Part shown: positions 54,966 to 64,000 of the stretch, in pieces
How the letters are laid out: each line of letters opens with the position of its first letter
How positions within the stretch are numbered: position 1 is the stretch's first letter
The notes under the pieces: model-generated
What the model saw: only the letters and a program-made list of their open reading frames with translations
The model's database searches: none
Told to the model about the DNA's origin: nothing
Assembly (NCBI GenBank): GCA_965249185.1
Contig: CBDFLS010000001.1
Span: forward strand, 193,972 to 257,971
Source: Dehalococcoidia bacterium
GTDB lineage: Bacteria; Chloroflexota; Dehalococcoidia; Lucifugimonadales; Australimonadaceae
Reading direction: 5' to 3'
DNA: 64,000 nt
Program-made: the position numbers and the translations under genes

Positions 54966-56243
54966 ATGATTCGTCGTCTGACTAGTTTTGGAATGGTTGC
55001 GCTGCTCATGCTGTTGGTAGCAGCCGCTTGCGGGGGTGAAGATCCGACCGCAACTCCCACTCGCGTTCCCTCAACCGCGACACCGACCGCTATGGGTTCG
55101 ATGGAGTCCGCTGGAACGTCTGCTCCCGCGCCCACGCCCACGCCCACGCTTGAGTATGGAGGGGTGTTCAAGTTTGGGTTCAATGAGGCATTGCAGGTGG
55201 CCTGGGGCCTGTCCGAACTGCGTTCGTTCTTGATCGTAGCCGACAAGTACAACACGGAATTTGGTGGAGTGACGGTCGGTGGGAAGGTGTACAAGATCGA
55301 GATACCGTACTACGACAACGAGTACAAGGGAGACATCGCCATCTCCAATGCAAAGAAGCTGATTTTCGAGGACGGGGTGAAGTTCATGTACGTTGGCGGG
55401 TCCGGGCCGGCCCTGGCCGTGGCGCCGCTCCTCAGGGCCAACAGTATTCTTTGGAACGCGGGGGCCTATGCCGATGTCATAAATCCCGAAAACCCGCTCG
55501 CCTTCCGGACCATGCGCACCGGGAACGAGATCGACCTGGCCATCAACCTGTGGTTTAAGGCGAATCTGCCTGAAATCAACAAGATCGCGCATTTGACCGT
55601 GGATGACGACGCAGGCCACAAGATCAATGAGCAACTACGGTATTACTCGGAACAGGTCGGGTTCGAGGTGGTGCAGGACTTCGTTGAGAGAGGACTGAAG
55701 GACTTCTATCCTTCACTGACGAGGCTCATCGGGAAGGACCCTGATATATTCTTTTTCACCGGTGGAGACCGGAACGACTACTATCTTGCGATCAAGCAGG
55801 TCAGGGAACTCGGCTGGACGGGACCGATCCTGATGACCAAGCCCGTCGCCGAAGATCTCATCGCGGTTGCGGGGTATGATGCGGCCCAGGGCGTGTATGG
55901 CGAAGGTCTTGCCCCGGGAACCACAGAAAAGGAACTGGTCCCCTTTGCTCTTGAGATTCAGGATGAGTACAGAGAGACCTACGGCACCGATCCCTACAGT
56001 CCTTACGAAATTGACATGCTATGGAGCATCCTCCAGGCCATCGAGAAGGCTGACAGCTTCGACGCGCAGATGGTCAGGCAGGCTCTCGAGACCGAAGAAT
56101 TCGACACGGTCTTTGGCAAGGCCCATTTCTGTGGGGGTCTGACGTACGGATTGAACCACCAGCTCATCGCTCCGGTCTTCATGATGCAGTTGCAAGGAGA
56201 AGAGATGGTCCAGCTGGATAAGCTGGTACCAGGAGGTTGTTAG
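54966..56243 (+). CDS. Liv-type ABC transporter substrate-binding lipoprotein
   Basis: VAAAC lipobox, PT linker, GGVTVGGKVYKIE..YYD..Y, DFYP.LT, FDTVFG. GGAGGTG SD. Confidence 0.88.
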   Translation: MIRRLTSFGMVALLMLLVAAACGGEDPTATPTRVPSTATPTAMGSMESAGTSAPAPTPTPTLEYGGVFKFGFNEALQVAWGLSELRSFLIVADKYNTEFGGVTVGGKVYKIEIPYYDNEYKGDIAISNAKKLIFEDGVKFMYVGGSGPALAVAPLLRANSILWNAGAYADVINPENPLAFRTMRTGNEIDLAINLWFKANLPEINKIAHLTVDDDAGHKINEQLRYYSEQVGFEVVQDFVERGLKDFYPSLTRLIGKDPDIFFFTGGDRNDYYLAIKQVRELGWTGPILMTKPVAEDLIAVAGYDAAQGVYGEGLAPGTTEKELVPFALEIQDEYRETYGTDPYSPYEIDMLWSILQAIEKADSFDAQMVRQALETEEFDTVFGKAHFCGGLTYGLNHQLIAPVFMMQLQGEEMVQLDKLVPGGC

Positions 56244-56317
56244 TCCGAACAACGCTGCGGGAACACTGGTTCCCATCAAGCCACGAAGAGGACTGAGCAG
56301 GCCACTACCGATGTAGA

Positions 56318-56363
56318 ATGACGGATGCCCGCAGGATGCACCATCCTAGTGGGCATCCGTCAT
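56318..56363 (+). other. Long intercistronic hairpin (mRNA stabiliser/processing)
   Basis: ATGACGGATGCCC...AGGATG-cac-CATCCT...GGGCATCCGTCAT between SBP and permease genes. Confidence 0.6.
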
Positions 56364-56396
56364 GAACCCTCCGAATAGAGCACGCTTGGAGTGCGA

Positions 56397-57269
56397 ATGA
56401 GTCAAGAGCTATTTGTCCAAGTCCTGTTGAATGGTTTCATGCTTGCCATGGTCTATACGCTGTTGGCCACAGGCCTGACCCTTGTGGTTGGTGTCCTCAA
56501 GGTCTTGCAACTGGCCCATGGCTCGATTTTTATGCTCGCTGGTTTCGTGGTGTATTACCTTGTCGTCGAATGGGGCCTCAGTTACTGGCTGTCCATTCCC
56601 GTAGCAATGCTTGTTGGGGGGGGTATCGGAGCCATCATTGAACGGTTCCTGCTTCGGCCTTTCGACTACGCAATCCGTCCCACCGTCATTATCACCTTGG
56701 GGCTCTCCTTCATGATAGCCCAGGGCACCTTGGTGGGCTTTGGAATCAAACACCGGGTGGTCCCGTCCGCCATCTCAGGGCTTGTACAGATCTTTGGAGG
56801 CATTATCTCCAAGGAGCGGTTATTTATCGTCGTGGCGTCGGTGGTCTTGATGCTTGCGCTGTACTACCTCATTCGATTCACCAAGTCCGGCCGGGCAATG
56901 CGCGCAGTCTCTCAAGACAGAGTAGCGGCGGCGCTTCAGGGCATTGACATCCACTTCATAAGCTCAATGGGCATCTTCATCGCCTCGGCGCTGGGCGCGG
57001 CCGCCGGCGCACTGATGGCGCCGGTCTTCTCCATAGCCCATGACAACGGAGTCTTGGAGATGTGGGGAGCATTCATAGCCATCGTGATAGGAGGCATGGG
57101 AAGCCTTCCAGGCGCGCTCCTCGGTGCGTTCATAGTCGGCGGTACGTTGAGTTTTGGGGCTTTTTTCCTGACAACTCCGGGAGCCGTCGTGCTCCTGTGG
57201 GGTATATTCCTTCTGTTCATCATGTTCCGGCCCACGGGCTTCTTTGGCCATGCACCTGAGACTCATTAG
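56397..57269 (+). CDS. Branched-chain amino acid-type ABC permease (LivH family)
   Basis: LLNG....MVY.LLA.GLTL..G, AHG, G.AMRAVSQD, IGGMGS..GA. Confidence 0.92.
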   Translation: MSQELFVQVLLNGFMLAMVYTLLATGLTLVVGVLKVLQLAHGSIFMLAGFVVYYLVVEWGLSYWLSIPVAMLVGGGIGAIIERFLLRPFDYAIRPTVIITLGLSFMIAQGTLVGFGIKHRVVPSAISGLVQIFGGIISKERLFIVVASVVLMLALYYLIRFTKSGRAMRAVSQDRVAAALQGIDIHFISSMGIFIASALGAAAGALMAPVFSIAHDNGVLEMWGAFIAIVIGGMGSLPGALLGAFIVGGTLSFGAFFLTTPGAVVLLWGIFLLFIMFRPTGFFGHAPETH

Positions 57270-58290
57270 CAAGAGCGGCATTACCTTCCCGATGCTGCTG
57301 CTTGTGCTGCTGTTCTTTTTTATCCTTCCTTCGTTCGTCACCAGCCCGTTTCACCGTGAGGTCCTCATCCAAGTCGGATACATGAGCATGATGGCGCTGG
57401 GCCAGCGGCTCGTCATGCAGACCGGACAGTTGACCGTTGCTCAGGGTGTGTTCATGGGCATCGGTGGGTACGCCTCCGCAACAACGATGATCGAGTTCGG
57501 TTTTCCTTTCTACATCTCCCTCCCTCTCGCAGGCCTCGTGGCTGCGACTTTCGCCCTCGTCTTCGGCATTCTTTCCATGCGGCTGAAGGGGATCTATTTC
57601 TTCATGGTGACCTTTGGCCTGATCGAGGCGTGGCGCATCGGGATGAGCAACTTCTTGGAGGGCGCTTTTGGCGGTTTCAGTGGAATCGCGAACATACCGA
57701 GGCCGGGAGTGGTCAACGTTCCCGGGTTGTTCCAGGTCGATTTTGCAGACCAGCTTTCGATGTACTATCTAACGTGGGCACTTGCAGCCGTAACGATCCT
57801 CGTAATGTACCGGTTGTTCATATCGCGCTTCGGCATGATATTTCGCTCGATCCGGGAGCAGGACGTGCTGACCGAACATCTCGGCCTCAGCATCATGAAG
57901 TACAAGGTGATCTCGTTTGTGATCGCATGCTTTTTCGCGGGATTGGCGGGGAGCATATTCGCACACAATGTTAACTATATCCTTCCGCAGTCCTACGGTA
58001 TTGAAATGCAAGAAGACGTGCTCTTCTTCGCCATTATCGGCGGGACCGAGGCGTTCATGGGTCCGATAGTTGGCAGTTTAGGCCTGAAGATGATGACGGA
58101 GGGACTGCGGCCCGTGAGAGAGTACCATCTCATAGTAAAGGGTGGGTTGCTTATCTTCGTGATGCTCTTCATGCGAGGCGGCTTAGTCAGTCTACCCGAG
58201 CGAGTATTTATCCTTTACAAGAAATTCCGCTCCGTCCTTCTGAAGAGAATCGCGGGACAGCCTGCAACTGCCTCAAGGAGAGATGTCTGA
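57250..58290 (+). CDS. ABC permease (LivM family)
   Basis: TGQL, RLKGIYF.MVT, SRFG..FRSIRE, AGLAG, IIGG. Confidence 0.9.
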   Translation: MHLRLISKSGITFPMLLLVLLFFFILPSFVTSPFHREVLIQVGYMSMMALGQRLVMQTGQLTVAQGVFMGIGGYASATTMIEFGFPFYISLPLAGLVAATFALVFGILSMRLKGIYFFMVTFGLIEAWRIGMSNFLEGAFGGFSGIANIPRPGVVNVPGLFQVDFADQLSMYYLTWALAAVTILVMYRLFISRFGMIFRSIREQDVLTEHLGLSIMKYKVISFVIACFFAGLAGSIFAHNVNYILPQSYGIEMQEDVLFFAIIGGTEAFMGPIVGSLGLKMMTEGLRPVREYHLIVKGGLLIFVMLFMRGGLVSLPERVFILYKKFRSVLLKRIAGQPATASRRDV

Positions 58291-58353
58291 GCGAACGAAG
58301 CGTTCCCATAACGCATGAGGGACAGCTTCTTTGGACAGGGGTGGACCGACGAC

Positions 58354-59121
58354 ATGGCGCTACTTGAAATACGAGGATTGACTAAAAGGTTCGGCGGATT
58401 TACCGCTATCGACAAGCTGGACATGGATGTCCACAAGGGTGAGATCCTGGGCATGATAGGGCCCAATGGCGCGGGTAAGACCACGCTCCTGAACGTGATC
58501 AGCGGAGTCCTTAAGCCCGATGAGGGCCAGGTGTTTTGCGACGGCAGTGACATAACAGGTCTCAAACCGCACCAGGTTGTTGAGAAGGGCCTCGTTCGCA
58601 CCTTCCAGGCCACTACACTCTTCAAATCAACGTTCACAGTCCTCGATAACCTAAAGATGGGTTGCTACTTCAGCTCTGGTATTAGCCTGATGGACGTGTT
58701 CTTCCGAATAGGCCTGAATCGGCGCAACGAACAAGCGATCGAAGAGAAGGCGATCGGGATTCTATCCACTATCGAGATGCTGGATAGGAAAGACCAGCTC
58801 ATGTCCACGCTGTCCCACGGCTGGCAAAAATCGCTTCAGCTTGGCGTTGCCCTGGCGACGGAGCCAAGGATAATGCTGCTGGACGAACCAGTGGCGGCCT
58901 TGAGTCCACAGCGAGTGGGCAGCATCATTGACCTGATCAAGAGAATACGGGACACGGGGGTTACCGTGTTCGTGATTGAGCACAATATGCGCGCGATATT
59001 TGGCCTGTGCGATAGGTTGGTGGTGATAAATGCGGGAGTCAAGATCGCCGAGGGCACACCTGAGGAAGTCCGCGGGAACAAGACGGTGATTGAGGCATAT
59101 CTTGGCGCAGCACGACAATAG
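58354..59121 (+). CDS. ABC ATP-binding protein (LivG family)
   Basis: GPNGAGKTT, RTFQ, LLDEP, IEHNM, VIEAYLG. Confidence 0.93.
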   Translation: MALLEIRGLTKRFGGFTAIDKLDMDVHKGEILGMIGPNGAGKTTLLNVISGVLKPDEGQVFCDGSDITGLKPHQVVEKGLVRTFQATTLFKSTFTVLDNLKMGCYFSSGISLMDVFFRIGLNRRNEQAIEEKAIGILSTIEMLDRKDQLMSTLSHGWQKSLQLGVALATEPRIMLLDEPVAALSPQRVGSIIDLIKRIRDTGVTVFVIEHNMRAIFGLCDRLVVINAGVKIAEGTPEEVRGNKTVIEAYLGAARQ

Positions 59122-59839
59122 TCCACCAACTAGCTTCCTCGACATACGCGACCTCGTCGTCCACTACGATATGCTCGAAGCGGTACGGGGTGTTTCCATG
59201 GAGGTTCCTGCGGGGAAAATCGTCGCACTCCTCGGGGCGAACGGCTGCGGCAAAAGCACCATCCTCAAGACCATATGCGGCCTCAAAAAGTCGACCCGCG
59301 GGGAGATCTGGTTCCGGGGCGAGAGGATAGATGGCCTTGCCACTCCTCAGACCGTTAGAAAAGGCGTGGCCATGGTCCCCGAGGGCCGGGGAATGTTCCC
59401 AAATATGACGGTTTTAGAGAACCTTCATATGGGTGCTTACACGAGGTCCAATAAGAGTGAGATACGAAGAGACTTGGACAGCGCGTTTGAGCGTTTCCCC
59501 GCGCTGTGGGAGAGAAAGAATAATCAGGCCGGGACGCTCAGTGGCGGAGAGCAAGAAATGGTGGCCATTGCCCGGGCGCTCATGTCGCATCCAAGGCTTC
59601 TCTTGATGGACGAGCCCGTTCAAGGACTCGCACCCGTGGTGATTCCGACAATAGCCGATATAGTGAAGGGGCTGAACAAAGACGGCGTTGGCATCATCCT
59701 CGTCGAGCACAATGTCCACCTCGCGTTGGGGCTGTCCGACAAGGTTTACATCATGGGCGTTGGAGATATCGTCCGGGAGGGCAGCCCCACGGACCTCTCC
59801 GAAGACGATTACGTGAGAGAGATTTATCTGGGCGGCTAG
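59102..59839 (+). CDS. ABC ATP-binding protein (LivF family)
   Basis: GANGCGKST, VPEGR, LSGGEQ, LMDEP. No ATG, so TTG 59102 with GAGG SD chosen. Confidence 0.9.
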   Translation: MAQHDNSPPTSFLDIRDLVVHYDMLEAVRGVSMEVPAGKIVALLGANGCGKSTILKTICGLKKSTRGEIWFRGERIDGLATPQTVRKGVAMVPEGRGMFPNMTVLENLHMGAYTRSNKSEIRRDLDSAFERFPALWERKNNQAGTLSGGEQEMVAIARALMSHPRLLLMDEPVQGLAPVVIPTIADIVKGLNKDGVGIILVEHNVHLALGLSDKVYIMGVGDIVREGSPTDLSEDDYVREIYLGG

Positions 59840-60017
59840 GCGCCGAGCCCATCCATCCTCCCCCTTCCTTCGGCTACGTGTTGTGCGTTTGCCCAGCCTC
59901 CCGTCAGAGGATGACCGGGGGCTGCTCAGGGAGACCGGCCGCGGGGTGTTCGAGGGGTGTATCAGCAACTCGCACTCATGGGCCCAGAGCCTATCCTAGA
60001 ACTGGAGAGATCAGCGC

Positions 60018-61271
60018 ATGACTACGAACGCCCCCTTCCTGAACACGCCCTACGGTGGGTACCTGCACAGCCGCGTGCCTCCCGAGGACGCTGAGCTCAC
60101 CCACGTGGGTCCCGGCACCCCCGCCGGCGAGTGGTTCCGGCGCTTCTGGCAGCCCGTGGCCGTCTCCGAGGAGATAAAGGACTTGCCCCAGGCCATCCGC
60201 ATCCTGGGCGAGGACCTGGTGCTGTTCCGCGACCGCTCAGGCCAAATAGGGCTCCTGGAACTCCACTGCTCCCACCGCGGCACCTCGCTGGAATTCGGCC
60301 AGGTCCAGGAGCGGGGCATCCGCTGCTGCTACCATGCCTGGCTCTACGACGTGGACGGCAAAATCTTGGAGACGCCCGGCGAGCCGGCCGAGAGCACGCT
60401 GAAGGACCGGCTCTACCACGGCGCCTATCCCACGCTGGAGCACCAGGGGCTGGTGTTCGCGTACATGGGCCCGCCGGACCAGCGTCCCGCCTTCCCCGTC
60501 TTCGATACGTATGAAATGCCGGGATACCGTTCCGCACCCCGTACTCATGCGGTCTGGCCCTGCAACTGGCTCCAGGTCACCGAAAACGCCATGGACCCAG
60601 CGCACTTTCTTTTCCTCCATGCCATCTCCGGCAACGTCGGATTCACGGAAGACTTCCAAGAGATTGGCGAAATAGATTTTATGGAGACGCCCATCGGCAT
60701 GGTGTACATCGATACACGGCGGATGGGCCACAGAGTATGGGTGCGCGTAACGGACTATATCTATCCGGCCGTCCACCAGGGCTGCGACCTTGCGGGGGAC
60801 ATGGACCAACGGGACTTGAACCGGCCCACCATAACGACGTGGACGGTGCCCATAGACGACACCCACACCATGCGGATGGGCTTCACACGCACCCGGGAGG
60901 GTGAGGAGGTCTCGCGGGATGGTGGGTTTGGCCAGAGTCTCGACCGTCCCTATGAGGCCCGCCAACGGACGCCCGGCGACTACGACGCCCAGGTCAGCCA
61001 GCGACCGATAGAGGTCCACGCCTTGGAGCACCTGGCCACCACCGACCGTGGTGTCATCATGCTGCGGAACATGACCCGGCGAGGAATCCGAGCGGTCCGA
61101 AAGGGCGAGGACCACTATTGGACTGTAAACGGGGACGCGAAGGTTGTTCCAACGTACGCGGTAGAGAGGGTGCTGGACATCCCCCCGGCCCCAACACCAG
61201 AAGAGGACAGGCGGCTGCTGCGGGACGCTGGCCGAAAAGTAGTGAGCGACCTCATAAGCAGCCCTGCATAG
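60018..61271 (+). CDS. Rieske non-heme iron aromatic oxygenase alpha subunit (phthalate 4,5-dioxygenase/LigX-like)
   Basis: VGPGTPAG...RRFWQPV, CSHRG and CCYH Rieske ligands, EN.MDPAH..FLH, EHLATTDRGV. Confidence 0.9.
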   Translation: MTTNAPFLNTPYGGYLHSRVPPEDAELTHVGPGTPAGEWFRRFWQPVAVSEEIKDLPQAIRILGEDLVLFRDRSGQIGLLELHCSHRGTSLEFGQVQERGIRCCYHAWLYDVDGKILETPGEPAESTLKDRLYHGAYPTLEHQGLVFAYMGPPDQRPAFPVFDTYEMPGYRSAPRTHAVWPCNWLQVTENAMDPAHFLFLHAISGNVGFTEDFQEIGEIDFMETPIGMVYIDTRRMGHRVWVRVTDYIYPAVHQGCDLAGDMDQRDLNRPTITTWTVPIDDTHTMRMGFTRTREGEEVSRDGGFGQSLDRPYEARQRTPGDYDAQVSQRPIEVHALEHLATTDRGVIMLRNMTRRGIRAVRKGEDHYWTVNGDAKVVPTYAVERVLDIPPAPTPEEDRRLLRDAGRKVVSDLISSPA

Positions 61272-61316
61272 CAGGGGTCCGGGGCCGCGCCCCGGCCCTG
61301 GTATAATGGCCTTCCT

Positions 61317-62117
61317 ATGCTGCTGGCTATCGACATCGGCAACACGAACATCAGCGTCGGCGCCTTCGACGACGAGCGCCTGCTGGCGAGCTGGCGCATG
61401 GCCAGCGACACCCGGCGCATGGCCGACGAGTACGCCCTCGAGTTGCAGGGCCTCCTGCCCATGAAGGATGTGGCGGCCGAGCGGGTGCGGCAGGTGGCTA
61501 TGTGCAGCGTGGTGCCGCCGCTCACAGGCGTCTTCCAGGACGTGGCGCGCACGCTCTTCGGGACCGAGCCGCTGGTGGTGGGCGCGGGCACTCGCACCGG
61601 CGTCCGAGTGCACTACGACAACCCCCGCGACGTGGGCGCCGACCGGGTGGCCGACGCCGCGGCCGCCTACCGGCTCTACGGTGGACCGACCATCGTCGTC
61701 GATTTCGGCACGGGCACGGTCTTCGACGCCATCACCGCCGACGGCTCGTACATCGGCGGCGCCATCGCCCCCGGCTTGAATGTGGCGGCGGAGTCCCTCT
61801 TCCTCAGCACGTCTCAGCTCCGGCGGGTCGAGCTGGTGCGGCCCAAGACGGCCATCGGCAAGAGCACGGCCCACTCCATGCAATCGGGCCTGGTGTTGGG
61901 GTACATCGGCCTGGTGGAGGCGATGGTGGGCCACTTCAAGCGAGAGATGGACGCCCCCAACGCCAAGGTGGTGGCGACTGGCGGCCTGGCATCCCTTATG
62001 GCCCAGGAGAGCTCCGCCATCGACGTGGTCGACGAGGACCTCACGCTGCGGGGTCTCCAGTGCATCCACGCCCTCAACACCAACGACGTGGCCGCGACGG
62101 CGGGAGGCGACGCGTGA
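61317..62117 (+). CDS. coaX: Type III pantothenate kinase
   Basis: IDIGNT, SVVP, VGADR, VDFGT.T.FD, GGAIAPG, ATGG. Confidence 0.96.
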   Translation: MLLAIDIGNTNISVGAFDDERLLASWRMASDTRRMADEYALELQGLLPMKDVAAERVRQVAMCSVVPPLTGVFQDVARTLFGTEPLVVGAGTRTGVRVHYDNPRDVGADRVADAAAAYRLYGGPTIVVDFGTGTVFDAITADGSYIGGAIAPGLNVAAESLFLSTSQLRRVELVRPKTAIGKSTAHSMQSGLVLGYIGLVEAMVGHFKREMDAPNAKVVATGGLASLMAQESSAIDVVDEDLTLRGLQCIHALNTNDVAATAGGDA

Positions 62118-63331
62118 GCGGCCTGTTCCAGGACAGGCGTATCGTGCTCGGCGTGACGGGAAGCATCGCCGTCTATAAAGCGGTGGACCTGGCCAGCAAG
62201 CTGACCCAGGCCGGCGCGGCGGTGGACGTGCTGATGACGCCTTCCGCTCTGGAGTTCGTGACGCCGCTCACGTTCCGCAGCGTGACCCACCGGCCCGTCA
62301 TCACCAATCTGTTCGATTCCCAGAGCCCGGAGGCGATAGAGCACGTGGCCCTGGCCCAGCAGGCGGACGTGCTGGTGGTGGCCCCCGCGACGGCCCACAC
62401 GCTGGCCAAGCTGGCCTGGGGCATGGCCGACGACCCGGTGAGCACCACGGCGCTGGCCACCTCGGCCCCGCTGGTGCTGGCGCCGGCCATGGACGCCGGC
62501 ATGTGGGAGCATCCGGCGGTCCAGGCCAACGCCCAGACGCTGAGAGAGCGTGGCGCTCTCATCGTGGGACCCGCCAGCGGACATCTGGCGTCGGGCCTCA
62601 AAGGACAGGGCCGGCTGGTGGAGACCCAGGAGCTGATGGGGCACATCGCCCAGGTGCTGGGGCGCCACGGCGACCTGGCGGGCCGCACGCTGGTGGTGAG
62701 CGCCGGCGGCACCCAGGAGCCAGTGGACCCGGTGCGGACGCTCACCAACCGCTCGTCGGGAAAGATGGGCTACGCCCTGGCGGAGGCCGCCAGAGACAGA
62801 GGGGCGCAGGTGGTGCTGGTGGCTGGGCCCACGGCTCTGCCCGACCCGGTGGGTGTGCGCCTGGTCCGGACGCCCACGGCCGAAGCCATGCGCGAGGCGG
62901 TGCTGGAGGCCTGCCGCGATGCCCACGTGCTCATCATGGCGGCGGCGGTGGCCGACTACCGCCCCGTGAACGCATCGCCGGACAAGGTGAAGCGGGCAAC
63001 CGGCCGCTGGAGCCTGGAACTGGAGCCGACGCCCGATATCCTGGCCGAGGCGCCAGCCCACCTGGTACGAGTGGGGTTCGCCGCCGAGAGCGCAAGCCTG
63101 ATAGAGAACGCCGAGCTCAAACTCCACGAGAAGGACATCGACCTCATAGCCGCCAACGACATCACCCAGCCCGGCTCCGGCTTCGACGCCGACACCAACC
63201 AGGTGGTGCTCCTCGACGCCCTGGGCAACCGGGAGGATCTCCCTTTGCTTCCCAAGTACGAGGTCGCCCAGCGTCTCCTGGACCGGGTCGTGGCCCTTCT
63301 CCAGGGCAGAGGCCAGCCGGTCCCCTCGTAA
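62114..63331 (+). CDS. coaBC: Phosphopantothenoylcysteine decarboxylase/synthase
   Basis: GVTGSIAVYKA, VAPATA, LAPAM, E.VDPVR.LTNRSSGKMG, AAVADY, GFAAE. GTGA overlap with coaX. Confidence 0.96.
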   Translation: MSGLFQDRRIVLGVTGSIAVYKAVDLASKLTQAGAAVDVLMTPSALEFVTPLTFRSVTHRPVITNLFDSQSPEAIEHVALAQQADVLVVAPATAHTLAKLAWGMADDPVSTTALATSAPLVLAPAMDAGMWEHPAVQANAQTLRERGALIVGPASGHLASGLKGQGRLVETQELMGHIAQVLGRHGDLAGRTLVVSAGGTQEPVDPVRTLTNRSSGKMGYALAEAARDRGAQVVLVAGPTALPDPVGVRLVRTPTAEAMREAVLEACRDAHVLIMAAAVADYRPVNASPDKVKRATGRWSLELEPTPDILAEAPAHLVRVGFAAESASLIENAELKLHEKDIDLIAANDITQPGSGFDADTNQVVLLDALGNREDLPLLPKYEVAQRLLDRVVALLQGRGQPVPS

Positions 63332-63349
63332 CCCGCCCAGCCTCGGTTG

Positions 63350-64000
63350 TCAGGAAGCGGCTTCCGGCGCCCTCTGCCCGCGCAGGAAAACGGCCCCCGC
63401 AATCGCGGTGATGACCAAGAGCACGGCGCCGGCAGGGAATACGCTCCGCAGCCCCAACGACACCGCCAGCACTCCACCGAGCAGCGGCCCCATCCCCAGG
63501 GCCAGTGCGATCGCGCTCTGGACCGCCCCAAAGGCGGAGCCGTATTTGTCGGGAGGCGCCGCCAGCGCCATGAGCGCGTTGGCGGAGCCAGCGATGCCTC
63601 CCTGAAAGAGGCCGGCGGCGGCCACGAACACGGTTAGCAGCACAAAGGTCTGCGCGAAGTAGGCGGGGATGTACATCACGGCGGCGGCGATGCACCAGAT
63701 AATGAAAACAGTCCGAACGTTGATGGTGGAGACCAGCCGTGCCGTGACCACGCTGCTGACGGCCGAGGCGCCGCCCACCGCCATCAGCAGAACACCGCTG
63801 GCGGTTGCCACCTTCAGATCCTCATGAAGCGTCGCGACCATCAGCGGAAGCACCGGCGTCACCACCATCTGCGCGGCGTTGGCCAGGAAGATCATGAAGA
63901 GGATCGGCAGCATCTGTCGCGAGGTGGCGAGGCGCCATAGGTCCCCGAAAGCCTGGAAGGGCCTGCCGGGCCGAGACGATTTTGCCGCTGGCCTGCGGAC
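63350..64000 (-). CDS. MFS transporter (5' part outside window)
   Basis: Six hydrophobic helices, G.AFG..QS, GPLLGG.L motif. Confidence 0.85.
   Translation of the reverse strand, partial: VRRPAAKSSRPGRPFQAFGDLWRLATSRQMLPILFMIFLANAAQMVVTPVLPLMVATLHEDLKVATASGVLLMAVGGASAVSSVVTARLVSTINVRTVFIIWCIAAAVMYIPAYFAQTFVLLTVFVAAAGLFQGGIAGSANALMALAAPPDKYGSAFGAVQSAIALALGMGPLLGGVLAVSLGLRSVFPAGAVLLVITAIAGAVFLRGQRAPEAAS

Overview
GC-rich bacterial chromosome segment, probably Chloroflexota/Dehalococcoidia (SAR202-like). That assignment is an inference from the AAC-lipobox/PT-linker lipoproteins, the variant PurN and the expanded CoA-transferase/Rieske/amidohydrolase content. Core genes: type-E sdhA-sdhB-hdrB-like operon, glmU, dprA-topA-xerC-aroQ-pepQ-HAD-efp-xseAB, tig-clpP-clpX, aspS, folD, acpS-nnr, coaX-coaBC and three tRNAs (Arg-CCG, Ser-CGA, Ser-GGA). 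Mobile DNA: three near-identical ~845-bp IS1595-family elements with target duplications, one IS1380-family element splitting a Ca2+/cation antiporter gene, and a nested REP-like repeat cluster. A ~20-kb accessory block between nnr and coaX holds a multi-CBM20-like lipoprotein, acyl-CoA catabolic enzymes, amidohydrolases, a Liv-type ABC transporter and a Rieske oxygenase. The strongest leads are: (1) a divergent pair of RRM RNA-binding protein genes, each with a highly structured leader (one start-codon-occluding hairpin; one terminator/antiterminator followed by tandem repeats); (2) an EF-P whose PGKG loop is replaced by MQQR; (3) IS1595 insertions landing in -10 boxes; (4) a possibly non-catalytic GH-like glycan-binding lipoprotein. 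All calls were made by eye, with no database searches or folding computations.
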